Source: Pseudogymnoascus verrucosus | Lineage: Eukaryota | Reading direction: 5' to 3' (one strand) | Length of the DNA: 64,000 bases | Assembly (NCBI GenBank): GCA_001662655.1 | Contig: KV460262.1 | Shown: piece by piece, positions 36,628 through 51,618 of the stretch | How positions within the stretch are numbered: the stretch's first letter is position 1 | Layout of the letters: every line of letters starts with the position of its first letter | The notes under the pieces: generated by a model | Told to the model about the DNA's origin: nothing | The model's input: the letters and a program-made list of their open reading frames with translations, nothing else | Database searches by the model: none | Made by a program: the position numbers and the translations under genes

Positions 36628-39600
36628 TCAGCCGTCCAAAAGCCCGCTCTCCTTTAAGCTGGAGAATAGCTCCGGCTCGAGGAATTTGGCCACGCTAACA
36701 TCCTCGCTCAATCCCTTTCTCCTCCTCGTCTTGAGTACAAAGTCTCGCGCCGTTCCTTGCACGCTCGCCGGCTCTAGGGGTCGGAGCGTCACTTCCCTAT
36801 CCAGAGGATCACCAGGCACAATACTCCAGCGCTCAAAGACAAGACTGACGGCCGCCTGACCCTGTGTGTGAATCCTCAAATCTGTCTCGAATCCGAACGA
36901 GTCAATGACAGGTATTAAACCCTGGCACCTGTAGAGTGGAGTTCCGGCAATTGGGCCATCGCTGAGGACATGACCACGTCGCCTTGCAAGAACAGTGTAC
37001 AATGCCGAGACAGAGTCCGCAGGTCCCGTCATAGCAACACTATACACAGGCTCCATTAGGCGTGGCGATGCCATAAGGAAAGAAGAGTAAACTGCACGGC
37101 GAGAAGTAGGGATTATTTGACCGCCACCACGGAAGATTGGTGAAGCAGCGAGAGTTGCATCGGTGATTTTAAATTTCGTGTTGCGGATTGGCTCCTCGCA
37201 CAGAGGCCCTTCTCTGGTACCCCAGCTGAAGCCTTGACGGATAGTATCGCGGACAGTGGCAAGTAATTTCTTGTCAACCTGCGCAAATATTAGTTATCAT
37301 GCACGTTGATATCTAGTTGGGGTAAAAACTTACTTCAGAGGGGAGAGTATCATCCTGTAGGATATTTGGGCCGATATCATCTGGACCGAAGGCCCAGATG
37401 CTGCGCGATGCTAACAAGTCCCAGCCGTAGTTCTCCTCGAAGAATTTACCAGTCTTCCTGACTGGGTCTCTGATGCTGACTTTCCCGCTCTCAATGTCCT
37501 CTGCGATTCCTGAGTCAAGGGGTTCAGCAACCATCGTTATTTTGACCTTCTTGTTTGGCGATAGCGCGTAGCACTTGATCGCCGACGTCTCAACAACCGT
37601 CTCACAGAACCTCGTGACCGGATCTGAAACCTTGATTTCCATTTCAGCGTAGAGACGACGGAGATCGTACAAGACGCAATCCATATAAAGCTCTCCCGTG
37701 CCAAGAATGACATGCTCTCCTGATTCTTCAACTTTAGTTGTAATCAGAGGATAGCTTTTATTGATCTTCCTTAATCCGTCAAGCATCTTTGGAAGCTCCG
37801 ACGGGTTAATTGGCTCAACGGCGACCTTGAAAACAGACTCTGTAAGCTGCTTGATTGGCTTGAAAATGTACGCCTCTTCGTCGTCTTCAAGCTTGAGCGG
37901 CACCAACGTTGAGGACTTCACAATCGAATTATCGACCCCGCCCAAAAGGCACCAATTACCCGCCGGAATACCATCTGTGGGAATATTGTACCTGGTCTCA
38001 GCAATCCACACATCAGATATAGTGGCAATCGCCATATCTTCTTCGTCATGCACAGAGTAGCCCTCTCCAAGAACCCGAACCTGCTGTCCAGGCTTAGCAG
38101 TTCCACTCAGTACTCTTCCAAAAGCATTGAAGCCTGAAGCGTCACTAGTGTTGAATAACTTGGAGATCTGGACCACTAATGGACCGTCTTGGTCGCACTT
38201 TGCCATTGACTCTGCCACCTTTGTGTCTAACGGACCCGTGTAATATTGCTGGAGCTTCTTTTGTGCGCCCTCCACGGGGGATGGAATATGTTCAACAACC
38301 ATATCGACGAAGCCATTAGCCGGCCCAAAGAACTGTGCACAGACCAAATTTAATAAAACTTTCGCGTCCGCCTTGTATTGTGACGGCTTCAAGTGTATGT
38401 TCAGTGTAGCCAGTGTTTCCTTGAGATCCTCTGGGCTCTCACTGATAGTATGTGAATAGAGCTTGTAAATGGGCTCCAGAATGAAGTTAACAAACGACCG
38501 CTTTGAACGCTCCTCGACCCCTTTCCTTGTGAAAGATCTCTTCGTTGGGTTGAAGAATACATCGCCCCATAACCGGCGCGCAAATTCTGTGGCGCTAACT
38601 CCTGGATATGTGTCTGCATACATCCTCGCAAAGGATTGTAAAGTGAAGCACCATTGCATGCCACTGCAGGCAAACAGGACATTTCCTTTCTCGGGGCTCA
38701 GTCTTCTCGTTTCGCCCTGGCCCGGTAAAGCGTTCTCAATGGCCGTATTAACTTCTTCGATAACATGCTTCAGCTTGAAGTAGGCGTCCGTAGGGGGAAG
38801 CTTCAGCTCCAAGATCAGTCGATCTAGCTTATTCACAACCAATACAAGAGGCAGACCCTCTAGTACGGCGTACTTGATAATCTGCTCCGTATTGACCTGC
38901 ACGCCCTCGACCACATCCACCACCAAGACAACACCATCGACAAGTCGCAGGGAGGCTGCCACCTCGTCGACGAAGTTGACATGTCCAGGGGTATCTATAA
39001 TATTAAGGAGATGCGATTTGCCTTTGGTGTTTTGGAGAACTAAGCTCATTGGCGCAGCCTTGATAGAAAGCCCTCGGTCTCGCTCCATTATAGAAGTATC
39101 CGTATATCGTAATTGCTCGTCCCGTGCCTTTCCCACCCTGTTCTCGAGTCTATCTGCGATATCGTGAGTCTCCAGAACGAGCATGTCCATCAACGCTGTC
39201 TTTCCGTGGTGCAAATGTCCAGCAAAAGCAACGTTTCGTACTTGGTCGGGAAAGTTCATAAGGTCTGCCATGAACGGTCTGTCGAAGTGAACTGGTGGTA
39301 GGTCTGCCTCCTCAAGCAGGAACTTCTTCACCTCGACGGGCGCAATAATTGGCTGTGTGAGCGGCTGCGCATCCTCTTCCTGGACCATTGTCTCGACATC
39401 TTCGCCATAAACCTGTTGCGCAGTCGGATAGTATTGCTTATCTTCGTGTAGTATGACTGCATTGGATGGCCCATCTTCGTCTATTTCCATTAACTCCTGC
39501 CCTGTAACCTCTGGCGCCTCCTCCTCCTCGGGGTATTCCTGATCGTAGACATATGCGCTAGCATCAATGCCATGTTGAGAATCATCTTCTGATTCTTCTG

Positions 39601-39706
39601 CTTCACCAATGAAGTTACCGAACCTAGTTGACAGTTAGCGCATATTCTTGTTCTTGTAGCTGGGGCTAGATTGGAAGGTAACATACTCATCATAGAGGTC
39701 GTCCAT
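36628..39706 (-). CDS. SNU114: U5 snRNP GTPase Snu114/EFTUD2
   Basis: [46 protein letters not shown]-2-like domain [19 protein letters not shown]. Two introns. Confidence 0.97.
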
Positions 39707-40127
39707 GGCTGCGGTATTGGAGTGTGTAGAATAGGAAACGTGAGGCTGGCTTCCTTCCCTCTTGCTGCCTTGTTAAAATGTTCGCGAATCTTGAAAGGTC
39801 GCGTCGTCCGCACGTGATCTCATTCAACCTTCGCTGGGGTTTTGAGCTCTGGCCCAGACGCTAGGGCCGATTAGTGATCGAGCCACTGGGTTGAGCTTCT
39901 GGTGTGATTGTGGGCTGATGCCAAGATTTCAGGAACCCATACAACGGTACACCGCCAAATGCTGGAGCTAAACCGCTCCGGTTGAGTCCCCGACTGTCGC
40001 TGCCCCTCACCATAATTGATAAATCCTCCTTTATCCCCCCACCCTCTCTCCCTTTCTCCAACTTCTCCACCATAACTCTACACTCCCAACCTCAAATCTG
40101 TAAACTTTCAGATATTATATTGCAGTC

Positions 40128-41463
<1,336 letters not shown>

Positions 41464-42035
41464 ATGGAGCTTTGTCAGACTCAAAAAGAGGTTGGCGACG
41501 CGCAAGCTTGCCTAGATGCATGTCAGGAGGTTGAGTATGTTTCAAAAGTAGCGCACAATTAGAAGCAGTATTCAAATTTAATGATTAATAAACACAACTT
41601 GACCGGGTTAATACCACATAGAACCCGCAGGCCGCGTAATTGTGGCTATGCTGCTCAACATACTTCTGTTTCCAGGCACCCCCAAAAGCCGCATATGTGA
41701 ATATGATACGATTCTGTTGGTGCTATTGTGTTGCGGTACCTGCAGCTCATTCGAAATGTCGGTGTGCCGTCAACGTCTCAACCGATTTTCTTCCACAATT
41801 CACCATGTCACTGCACTATACGTAAGAATTCAAAGCGAGTTGCAGGTGGGCGCGATGTCTTCCCATGGTATTCGTATGTTGTTGCCTATAAGCTTATAAC
41901 AGCCTTTACGCCTCCGCCCAATGCGTCACTGTCCAACCCCACCGTATGTGTAGGTCCAGTGCGAACCTTTTGACACCGCTCACGCCGCACCTCCGTAGCA
42001 AATTGCATATTATCCCAACCAGCCCTACCGCATGC

Positions 42036-42517
42036 TCATCCGCGGTCCTGACGATCGCCGCCTATCCTCTCCAGCGCCTCCAGCATGACGACCGAGTTGC
42101 CACGAATAACCTAGACACCGATCAGTTCCTGTCCGTGAATATTCTTGCCATGTAGAGTGCGACATACCACCATCCCTATTCTGACCTTCTCTCCGCCCTC
42201 CTTCTCCTCAACTGCGTCGTCGAGCACGATATTCAAGAACACCTAGACGCATAGTATCAGCACAAGCTTCGGGCGTGTGGAACCAGAGTATATTGACTAA
42301 CATCGTATCCGCGAAGAACTCCGATAACTTTTCGGCTTCCATTGAGCTGGACGAAGAGCCTCTTGTCGAGGTACTATATTCAGTTAGCCTAGTCCATCAT
42401 TTGACTCCCCGCAGCCATGGTCGCGTGTCGCATGCGCCGACACGGCGAATTCATTGTAGAGACCGGGCTTTAAGAACAGAAGCGTACCTTCTTAAGCTCG
42501 GGCTGAGCTTGAGGCAT
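42036..42517 (-). CDS. SMX2: Small nuclear ribonucleoprotein G (SmG), 4 exons, absent from the ORF track
   Basis: Spliced translation MPQAQPELKK/YLDKRLFVQLNGSRKVIGVLRGYD/VFLNIVLDDAVEEKEGGEKVRIGMV/VIRGNSVVMLEALERI. Confidence 0.95.
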
Positions 42518-42768
42518 TGTGAGAGGCGGGGTTGTGTATATGCTGCTGAACCTTGAGACGCGGCGGCACAAGAGCTGGAGTGGGTTGTGGATTTAGAGTC
42601 TTCTAGGTCACGTGCCGATAAAGACGTGAGGTAGCCTTGGGAACGACCATTTTTATCAGCCTTGGACTTCCGTGTCTCAACATCAACCTACTTTTTGTGA
42701 ACATTGCGCTGCCATAAATTGTAACTGTTGAGGGGCATAGTTGGCGCTATAGAAACATTACTTGCGCC

Positions 42769-44283
42769 ATGTCTTCCTTCGGCGGAAAGCGCAAGGCGCG
42801 CAAAATCCTGGTCAACGACGACGACGACGAGACAACAACATCACCAGCACCTGTTGAACCCAAGGCCACAGTTGAACGTACGTCCTTATTGTTCCCTCCC
42901 TGCGTCCTCTGCTGATCCAAATCACATAGCTGACACCTTCTCCTAGAAAAACCAACTACAACCTCGCACGCCCGATCTAAACCCTTCAAGAAATCAGCCT
43001 TGCGCCACAGTATCGCCTTCGATGACGAACAGTCGCAAGACACCTCCGGCACAGATGGAGGCAGTGAACCCAAGCCAATCCGTGAGGTTGACTTTGGGCC
43101 GTCACGATCAAGTGGCAAACGGGCAGGACAGACCAAGAAGAAACCCGCAGCTTCGCGGTTATCCTTTGGGCCGGGAGAAATAATATCTGGCGATGATGCG
43201 GCAGCATTGGAAGAAGACGAGTCGTTTACGCCCAAGAAAGCAGCCCCGAGACGAGGCATCGAAGGGAATAATGTGCGGCTGAGTTTACCGGCTTACCAGC
43301 GAGGACGAGAAGGGGAGGAGGAGGAGCGGCCGACGTATAGCAAAGATTACTTGGAGGAGCTGAAGATGAGCACGAAGAGCACGCCAAAGGATCTACAAAA
43401 GTTTCCCGCTCAGGATGCTGATGAAGGGGGACTGGATGCTAGCGAGCTTGAGGGCGCGACGGTGGTAGAACCCAGTGGCGAGCTGATATCGCGGCGCGAC
43501 GAGGATAAAGCGTATATCCCCACCGAAGCCGAGATCGCAGAGAAGAAGCAACGGAGAGCAAGGCTTGCGCAGGAGCAAGATTTCATATCACTCGACGATG
43601 GAGGGGATATGAGTCAAATAGGACAGATCTCGCTGCTACCGAGCCGAAAGAAGGAGACGCGGTTAGTTCGAGACGATGAGGACGTTATGGAGGGGTTTGA
43701 AGACTTCGTTGACGATGGCCGCATTTCCCTCGACAAGAAAGCGCAGCGCAAGGCGCAGCGGCAGCAGAAGAAGATAATTGCCCAGGCCATCCAGGAGGCG
43801 GAGGGTAGCTCGTCTGAGGAGTCTGATGACTCGGAAGCCGAACGGCGCGCGGAGTACGAAGCCGCGCAGACTCGCGCAGGGATGGACGGGCTCAAGAAAC
43901 TCGACGCGACGCAGACGGCAGCGCTGATTCCGCCAAAGGTCACGCCCATACCGAGCCTATCAGAGTGTTTGGCGCGACTGCGGACGTCATTGAGCGAGGC
44001 AGAGCAAGAGTCCACAAAGCGGAGCTGGAGGATGGGCGAGCTGGTGAGGGAGAAGGCGGAGATTGTTGCTAGGGAGCAGGAAGTTCAGAGGTTGCTGCGA
44101 GAGGCGGGGGAGAGGTATTCGGCGCTGAGGGGCGATTCGAATTTACCTCCCGTTGACACGGCGGATCCGATGGCGTTCCCGTCGGTTGGGGATGGGTTTA
44201 GGGAGGCTACGAGCAGGAATCGGGGATTGGAGAGTTTTGGGAATACGCCTGTGGGGACTTCGGGGGTGGAGGATGCGGAATGA
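42769..44283 (+). CDS. NTR2: Ntr2 family spliceosome disassembly factor
   Basis: MSSFGGKRKARKI, one intron, RPTYSKDYLEELKMST, IPTEAEIAEKKQRRARLA, EGFEDFVDDGRI, YEAAQTRAG, C-terminal coiled coil. Confidence 0.82.
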
Positions 44284-44606
44284 GAGATGAGTGACTGCGG
44301 TTGAGGCATGTTGCTATAGGTCCCATTGAAGATATGTTAGTGTAATAATACCCAAATTTATAACATAAATTTCGAAACCTCATAAGCCATTGTTATGTAC
44401 GAATCTCTGCGTATTTATTTTTCGTGATTCATATCAGTTAGCAATCGTCTATGAACATTTATGGACATCCATCCCAATATCTCATTCGCACGATATTGGC
44501 TTTGTCTTCATCAAGGTAGTTCCCAATCTACTCCGTCACCAGTACGCCATGCTCTCGGCGAATATTTAACTTCCCTCCCAGACACAATATCTTCCTCTAC
44601 TGTAGC

Positions 44607-47600
44607 TCAGTCCGTCTCCACTTGGGTCTGTCCTAGCTTCTGAAACGCCTTCACTATATCACCATCAACATTGACCAACCAATCCCTCTGGAATGCCTCT
44701 TCACCACCAGCATTTTGCACCAATCCCCCCAATCTCTCCTTCGTGAACTGATGCGCGTGAATAGTATGCACCGGGTCATTCCTCTCTAGAGCCTTCTTTC
44801 GCCCATCCTCCATACTATCCCACTCCTTTGGCTCCTGTGGAGTGTCCTCCGACCATACCAGGGCCTCTCGACCCTCTCCCCAGCCATCCAAAAGCTCAGC
44901 TATCACACTCGACCACATGGCGAAGTAATCCTGAAGCTTCTGCAGCACCAGCCCCGTCATCGGCGGTGGTAGTTCCAAGAAACGTGTCAGCGCTAGACAC
45001 GACAACTTCTGACGATGCGGATTCGCCATGCTATCGAAGTGAAGGAACCACTCCGTGCTCAACCATCCCCACACCGATTCCAGAGGCCCAATGCTCGAAA
45101 TGGTACCCACGAATGTCGCAGGGTCGGTAATCGCAAGCCTAGCAATGATGGTGAAGTAGTCTGTTTCAACAACGTCGCTGATTTTGGGGTAGCGGCGATT
45201 TGGGCCGGTGGTTTGGTGTGCTTCCCATGCCTCGTGCAGCTCTGTCAAGATTTTCTCCATGAAGCCACTCTCGACGAGGTCCTTCGCCACGGCAACTACG
45301 CCGTTGGTGCCACCTAAGATCTCGGCCTGGCGAATCATGTTCTCTACGATACTAATAACTTTGCCGACTAGATCGCGCTTCGAGATCTCGAGAGCGCTAG
45401 TCATATAACTGAGGACCCGAAGGCGAGTAGTGTCGGCAAGCATGACCTCAGGCGCGAGGAGTACATATGATTCCAATATCCCCAGCACCACACTTAGAGT
45501 GTCGCTGCCAATTTCCAAAAGAGGGAAAACGGAGTCGACAAGCGGTATGACGGGCCCAGATTCAGCTTCAGGTGTCTGCTCCAGCATACTGGACCAGAGA
45601 TCTAACGCCTCTTCGAGGAGGTACACTGCCATCTCCGAGCCATGTTCAACAGCTCGTTGAATCAGTGGTACGATAAGAGGGTGGTAGCGCACGGAGTGCA
45701 CCTTCGTGGCCATGACGATATTTGTGAGGAGGGTAAGAATGGCCTGTTTCATGAGATGCTCTTCACCTGACGCAGTCCAGAGATCCGGAAGTAAAGAGAC
45801 AATTTCGTCGGCAAATGGCGCGGCTTGTAATTCGAGGCGTATGAAGATGACACGGATGGTCTCGAGGACCGCCAGTTGGGTCTCAGCATGGCTGAGCTCT
45901 CGAATAAGAGCCATGAGGCGATGGAGAAACTCCTCTGCAAATGGCAAGAATTGCTCAACTTCGAAGCTGAAATCATCTACTGCAGACTTAAGGTGGCGTG
46001 CAGCAGTCACGCGAACGACTTGATCGTTGACTGGGTCCGCTGGGTTAAGGAGGTGCTTGAATATCTCGTAGACGAGAGGTCTATTTGCCACCGATATTTT
46101 GATAGTTACCCATTGCCCAATGAGTATTGCGATTCTTCGGCGCAAGACCTTGTATTCTGGGCTGGTTTTGTGAACATCATTGACCAGTGTCGAAGCCAAG
46201 AAGGAGTCAAAGTCGAAACTATCAGATAGAACCGGTGCGGCGATACCCATAGCCGTGTAAACAGAGTCTTTTGCAACAATGTCCCCATTGTCTGTTCCTG
46301 TTACAGATTGGAAGAAGCTAAGTAACGGTTGCGCGAGTAGATGCTTGTAATTGATGACAAGGTCCATGAAGAGCTTTTCCGAGCATGGCCGGACTTCAAA
46401 CTCCCAACCATCGCCTCCTGCATCTTCCCGTATCTCCCACTCATATGGATCCTCGTTCCATGCTTCCAGGTCTGCTTGGCGGAAAATGAAGAACTTTGTG
46501 ACAATAACACTTGCCATCTGAGAAACCAGTTCGTCTGTGAGAAGTTGGAACTTGATGACATCCATCAGGCCCTTTTCTGCCTCTTTTATTTCGGCGCTGC
46601 GGTACACGAACGACAGCTTTGGCCTGAACACCATTTGCAGGCATGATCTCAATAGCGAAAGCCCCTTTAGTGCCAACTTCTCCAATACATGACGGCCATC
46701 TGCGTCGTCAGCATCTGCATCGGTTTTGGAGGTAAATGTCGAAGAGCCATATGCCTCCCCATATTTCTCAATGAGACTCCAATATCCGCGAGCCAGCTCG
46801 ACTGAATTAGGAAGGGAGGCAAATGAAGATGCATGGGTTTTTGCCATTTCGAGGTGTAACTTGGATAACTGAAGCAGATGCTTTTCCACCAGGTCCTTGG
46901 CAGGCGACGAGATTAGCGGTGGCTCGTGAGAAATCATCCCGAATAATTGTCCGAACTGGAGTTGTGAGTGACCCCACAACTCTTGGACATCTTTATCTTG
47001 GCCGGGATATTTGTAACCAGCTATCAGCAGGCGCCGAAGAATCTTCAGGGCCAGGAGACTGCTGTCCATGGCGTCCATAGCACCTCCCTCGTCGTCTCCG
47101 CCGGCGGTGAGAAAACCATACCACTGGTTAACTTTCTGCGTGTAGATATTGCTCAAAAAGAAAACAATTTCTGGCGTAACTGACTGCAGGGCCGTCTGCG
47201 ACTTCCTTAAACGAGCGGAAGCCAGCTCCTTCACGACCTGGAGCAGAATCAACAAGCCCCTCTGTAAACGAAGCTGGTTCGATTCGCTTGCAACCCGCAT
47301 AAGTGCAATTAAGGACGTGAGGACATCGGGCCAGTCATTGGGGTACTCAATACGCGCAATCTTGGATATCACAAGGGCGTTTTGCAACGCGAGCTGCGCG
47401 TTTGCCTCTGCCATACCGCCCTCCAGTAGCTTCGATCTCATCTCCTCCTTTTCGGCCTTCTGTATGCATTTCGCCACGCCCTTCCTCCAATACTTGTCCA
47501 TTCCATTTTTAAGTTGTATGACGGCGAGGTATCGTATTTCTGTGGGCAGTGAAGTGTCCAAGAATGCAGACTGAGATATGATTAGCCGCCGCGTCTACAG

Positions 47601-47810
47601 TATGGGACGAGGATGATAGCCAGTCTCCTGTGGTGGTGTGCTTACCTGGAGCAAAGAGTAATAACCGGGCCGACCCTCCCATGTCTGCATTTGCTGTGTC
47701 CCCGATTGTATCAGGTTCTGCTGGTGAGAACTGGCTGACTTCAAGGCCATAAGCACCTCCTGTGGGGTTAGCGGGGCAGCCTCCCCAGGAAGCTCGATAG
47801 CTCCCTCCAT
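44607..47810 (-). CDS. KAP120: Importin-beta family karyopherin (importin-11/Kap120)
   Basis: IBN_N motif IRYLAVIQLKNGMDKYWR, ARIEYPNDWP, LEAWNEDPYEW...RPCSEKLF, VLRRRIAILIGQW. One intron near the 5' end. Confidence 0.9.
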
Positions 47811-48190
47811 GGCTGACGTGGCAGCAGAAGAAATGGAGGAGACAGAGATGGATAAATAGAAATATGAGGAGGACGCTATCAGTCAATATTTTATCCTCCT
47901 TGTTAAGTCACAGTGCTTCTCTCTGCGCTCAAATCTGTGATGGTTCCTCCCAGGAATTAAGCTTCATGGACCCTAGAAATTATGTTCCCCACCATCCACA
48001 ATCAACAGCCTCGCGATAAACGTTAATCCGCTCCGGGCCTTCCATCAGAACGAGCCCCCAACGACCTCGGCTCAGCACCTCACAGCTTCCCTCACAAGCA
48101 AGTACGGGCCGACAGCAGCTTTAGCAAACCCCCGATATCCCCTCGCCAGATCTCAAGAATCAGCACACGACCTCATACCATGCGCTCATA

Positions 48191-49572
48191 ATGTCCTCCG
48201 CCGACTTCCAAGCCGCGCAACAGCGCATCGCCGCCCGCCGAGCAGCGCACGCCGCGTCCGTTGCTTCTCAACCACACCCCCCCGCCTCGTCACCCCTCCA
48301 CAAGCACCTCGCCAACCTCCCGCCGTCCCTCAACCGTCTCGGCGCCGCCGGTATCACAGCATGGGATACCATACGCGGGCGCTCTGGCACCAGCCCTGCC
48401 TTCCGCGTCGGGCAGGCTGATGCCGAGCTCCTAGACGAAGAGCTCCTCTCCCTCCTCCGCGGCCAGATCACCTCGGGCCTGAAATACTTCGGCGACATAC
48501 AAGAAGAATGGGGCGAAGAAGTCGGGCTCGCGCTGCGCGGCATACTCTTCAAAGTCTCCGTCTGGGATCATGGTACGACCCCCCTCCCTATTCCACACTA
48601 TGAGGACCACTACTAACCACCGTCCCAGACGCGACCTACGGCGCCGCCCTCCAAAACCTCCGCTTCACCGACGCGCGCCACACCGGCCTAGTCCCCCTCC
48701 CCCCCTCTCGCTCCCAAAAAGCGCTCTACGGGCTCCTCACCGTCTTCGGCCCCTACGCCTGGACACGCTGGGAGCGCTACCTCTCCTCGCCCTCCTTCTC
48801 GCTCTCCTCGCGCCTCAACACCATCACCTCGCGCCTCACAACCGTCTACTCCCTCGCCTCCCTCGCCTCCTTCAGCGCCTTCCTCCTCAACGGGCGCTAC
48901 CGCACCCTCCTCGACCGCGCGCTCCGCCTGCGCCTCGCACCGCGCACGAACCAGCTCGCAAGGGATATTTCCTTCGAGTACCTTAATCGCCAACTCGTCT
49001 GGCACGCATTCACCGAGTTTCTCCTCTTCCTCCTCCCACTCCTCGGCATCGCGCGCTGGCGGCGCTGGCTCTCGCGCACATGGCGCAGGGTATCCTCTCT
49101 CTCCTCCCCATCCGACGGGCCTGCAGAAGTCAAACAAGGTCCTCTTGCACATCTCCCCGAGCGCACATGCGCGATCTGCTACGAAGACCAGAATAAGGCG
49201 AAATCAGAAGCTGAGATCGTCGCTGCGAGCGCGGCGGGGCAGGGGGGCGTGGCTGGCGGGATGACGGATGTGACGAATCCGTACTGCGGGCCGTGCGGGT
49301 GCGTGTACTGCTTCGTCTGTCTAGCAGGCAGGCTTGAGGGCGAGGCAGGGGAGGGATGGGTGTGTCTGCGCTGTGGAGAGGTGATGCAGGAGTGTTGGGC
49401 GTGGGGGGGGGATGTGATTGAGGAGAAGCCTGTGAGGGTGGGGAGGGAGAAGAAGGTGGGGTTCGTGGATGGGAATGGGAGTAGCAGCGACAGCGGGAGC
49501 GCGAGTGAGGAGAGGGATGAGGAGGGGTCGGAGGTTTACGAGGAGAATGAGATGCCGGATTTTGACGAATAG
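48191..49572 (+). CDS. PEX2: Peroxin-2 RING E3 ligase
   Basis: FRVGQADAELLDEEL, ATYGAALQNLRF, GRYRTLLDR, ISFEYLNRQLVWHAFTEFLLFLLP, RING CAIC...CGCVYCFVC...CLRC. One intron at about 48572-48628. Confidence 0.95.
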
Positions 49573-49866
49573 GTAGTTGGGACGGGGATGGGGATGTGTG
49601 TTTACTAGGCGCGTTTTGTGCTTTCGGTTCTTGTGGCGGCCGTCAAGGTGACGGATTGGTTATGTTGTTGCGATTTTGGGATACCCGGGGGCGGCTGCGG
49701 AGCAGCATGCGCGTGGAAGACGGGGTGTATAAGTACTATTTACGGTGTATCACCACGAGAGGACAGACTACGGCTGTGTAGTTCAAATAATATCATATTT
49801 TACGCCTAAGCTCATGCAATAGTGTTACGTTTCCCCAGAGCACCTAAGCCCTATTACTCGTATCCT

Positions 49867-50998
49867 TTACTTCTTCTGATACGCCTCGCCGATTCCGCGC
49901 TGGACGGCCTCCCTCGCCGCAACCCTATCGATCCAGCGGAGCAAGTGCGGGAACTTCGCGAGCTCCTCATCAGTGAACCCGGTGTTCTTCCAGCCCTTGA
50001 CCCAAGGCCAGGTGCCAAGCTCGGCAACACTGTATCTGCCCTTTCCGTTACCAGCAAGGTACTCGCGCTCGACACCGGTATATCTACCCGACAATTGGAT
50101 CTCAAGCACCTCATAAACGCGGAGAGTCTCGTTGCGGAAACGGTTAATTGCGAAGCTAGTAATTGGTGTTAGTGGGACGGTGCGGGGAAAGAGTGTGGGG
50201 ACTGTGGGGACTACTCACGGAATCTGCTCGGCTTGTCTGCGGAAGAAGTTGGTGTTGCCTTGGTACGGAGCTCCGCTGCCGTGCCAGAAAATAAGCCATT
50301 GCTCGGCCTGGCTGGTCTGGAGCTCGTCCTTGAAGCGGAAGTGGTGGTCCGGGTCGTAGTTACGGACGAGGTAGAGAAGGATGGCGGAGGTCTCGAAGAC
50401 GGGGAAGGGGGGGGATTGGTTGTTGTCGATGAGGACGGGGATGCGGCCGTTGGGGTTGAGACGGAGGAACCACTCCTTCTTCTGCTCGTTGGTGGAGATG
50501 TCGCTGCGGTGATGTCAGTGTGTTGTTCTGATGAGCTGGAAGTTTGGGAACGGGGGGCAAACGGACATCACAGTAGTGGTGAATTGGAGACCATATTTGT
50601 CCTTGAGCTCCTCAAGCAAGATCTGGACCTTTTGGCCGTTGGGGGTGCTTTGGGTCACCAAGTGGAGGCCCTATTCCGTGAGTTACAGTCAGTCTCATAA
50701 CATAACCACAGGAAGCGAGAAGTGATAAAACACAGTGAAGCTCTACCTTTGCATTCTTGACATCAGCAGGTGTCTCATCGATGTAGATTGATTGAGACAT
50801 GTTGATTCCCTTTCCCTTTTTTGAAGGCTGTCGGGTAGGATGTGTTTGTTTATGTATAGTTTTCTTAGAAGTGAAGTGCCGAAGCTGAGGTTGGAGTGGT
50901 GTAAGTGAGAAGCGTACAAGTCGTCGGGGTATATGTGCACAGAGTGAAGTTGAAGAAAGCGAAGAAGAAGCAGCGAGGAAAGAGCGCATTATATACAT
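49867..50998 (-). CDS. Glutathione S-transferase, Ure2/Nu-like, with a possible N-terminal presequence
   Basis: Spliced: STPNGQKVQILLEEL, NEQKKEWFLRLNPNGRIP, FETSAILLYL, ETLRVYEVLE, EYLAG...YSVAELGTWPWV. In-frame ATGs at 50998, 50989 and 50800. Confidence 0.9.
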
Positions 50999-51618
50999 TT
51001 CTCAATCGACGTCACGATACACCAATAGCTCTTTCCTTTGTGAGCTCTCAATCAGTCCCGTAACATTAATGATTAATCACACCACCACCACAGCGGGACC
51101 AACACCCGGCACGTCATTAGCTCTCCCTGCTTTGTCATATGCACCAGCACCGCCTTTGTCTTTAAGCGGGTGTTCTATCTATCGCCATTGCACAAAAAAA
51201 GGTAATTATTAAGCCATAAGACGGCCCAATAATTTAAGAGATGCCGACAAAAAGAATGCGCGTTGGATGGCTATGTGCAGATGTCGCGATTTGAAATCAA
51301 AAATACGTATTCTTCGTCGCTGTTGTACGAAGTAGCACTGTTTCGCCATAGGTATAGCTTCAACCCCACGGTCCGCGCCCCGCCTTGCTTGTGCCAAGAT
51401 CATGGAATAGAGGGGAAGTATTTACGATTAAAAGTCGGAGATCGGCATTTGCGCCATCATAGTCTATTTCATTCCATATATACGTTATACGACACTATCG
51501 CCGAAAACGCCGGCCATCGGCTTCATTTTGCCCGTTAATCGTGCTGTATCTACAAACCCCCGCTTCTTCTACAGATATCATAGTTGCTGCCGTGACATTT
51601 ACATGCATCATCCCTCAT

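Noticed and set aside
39982..40127. Possible N-terminal targeting extension of ERG10
   Set aside because: The upstream ORF is out of frame, and an in-frame TAA lies a few codons before ATG 40128.
42424..42444. 7-bp hairpin in SmG intron 1
   Set aside because: Too short to distinguish from chance without conservation data.
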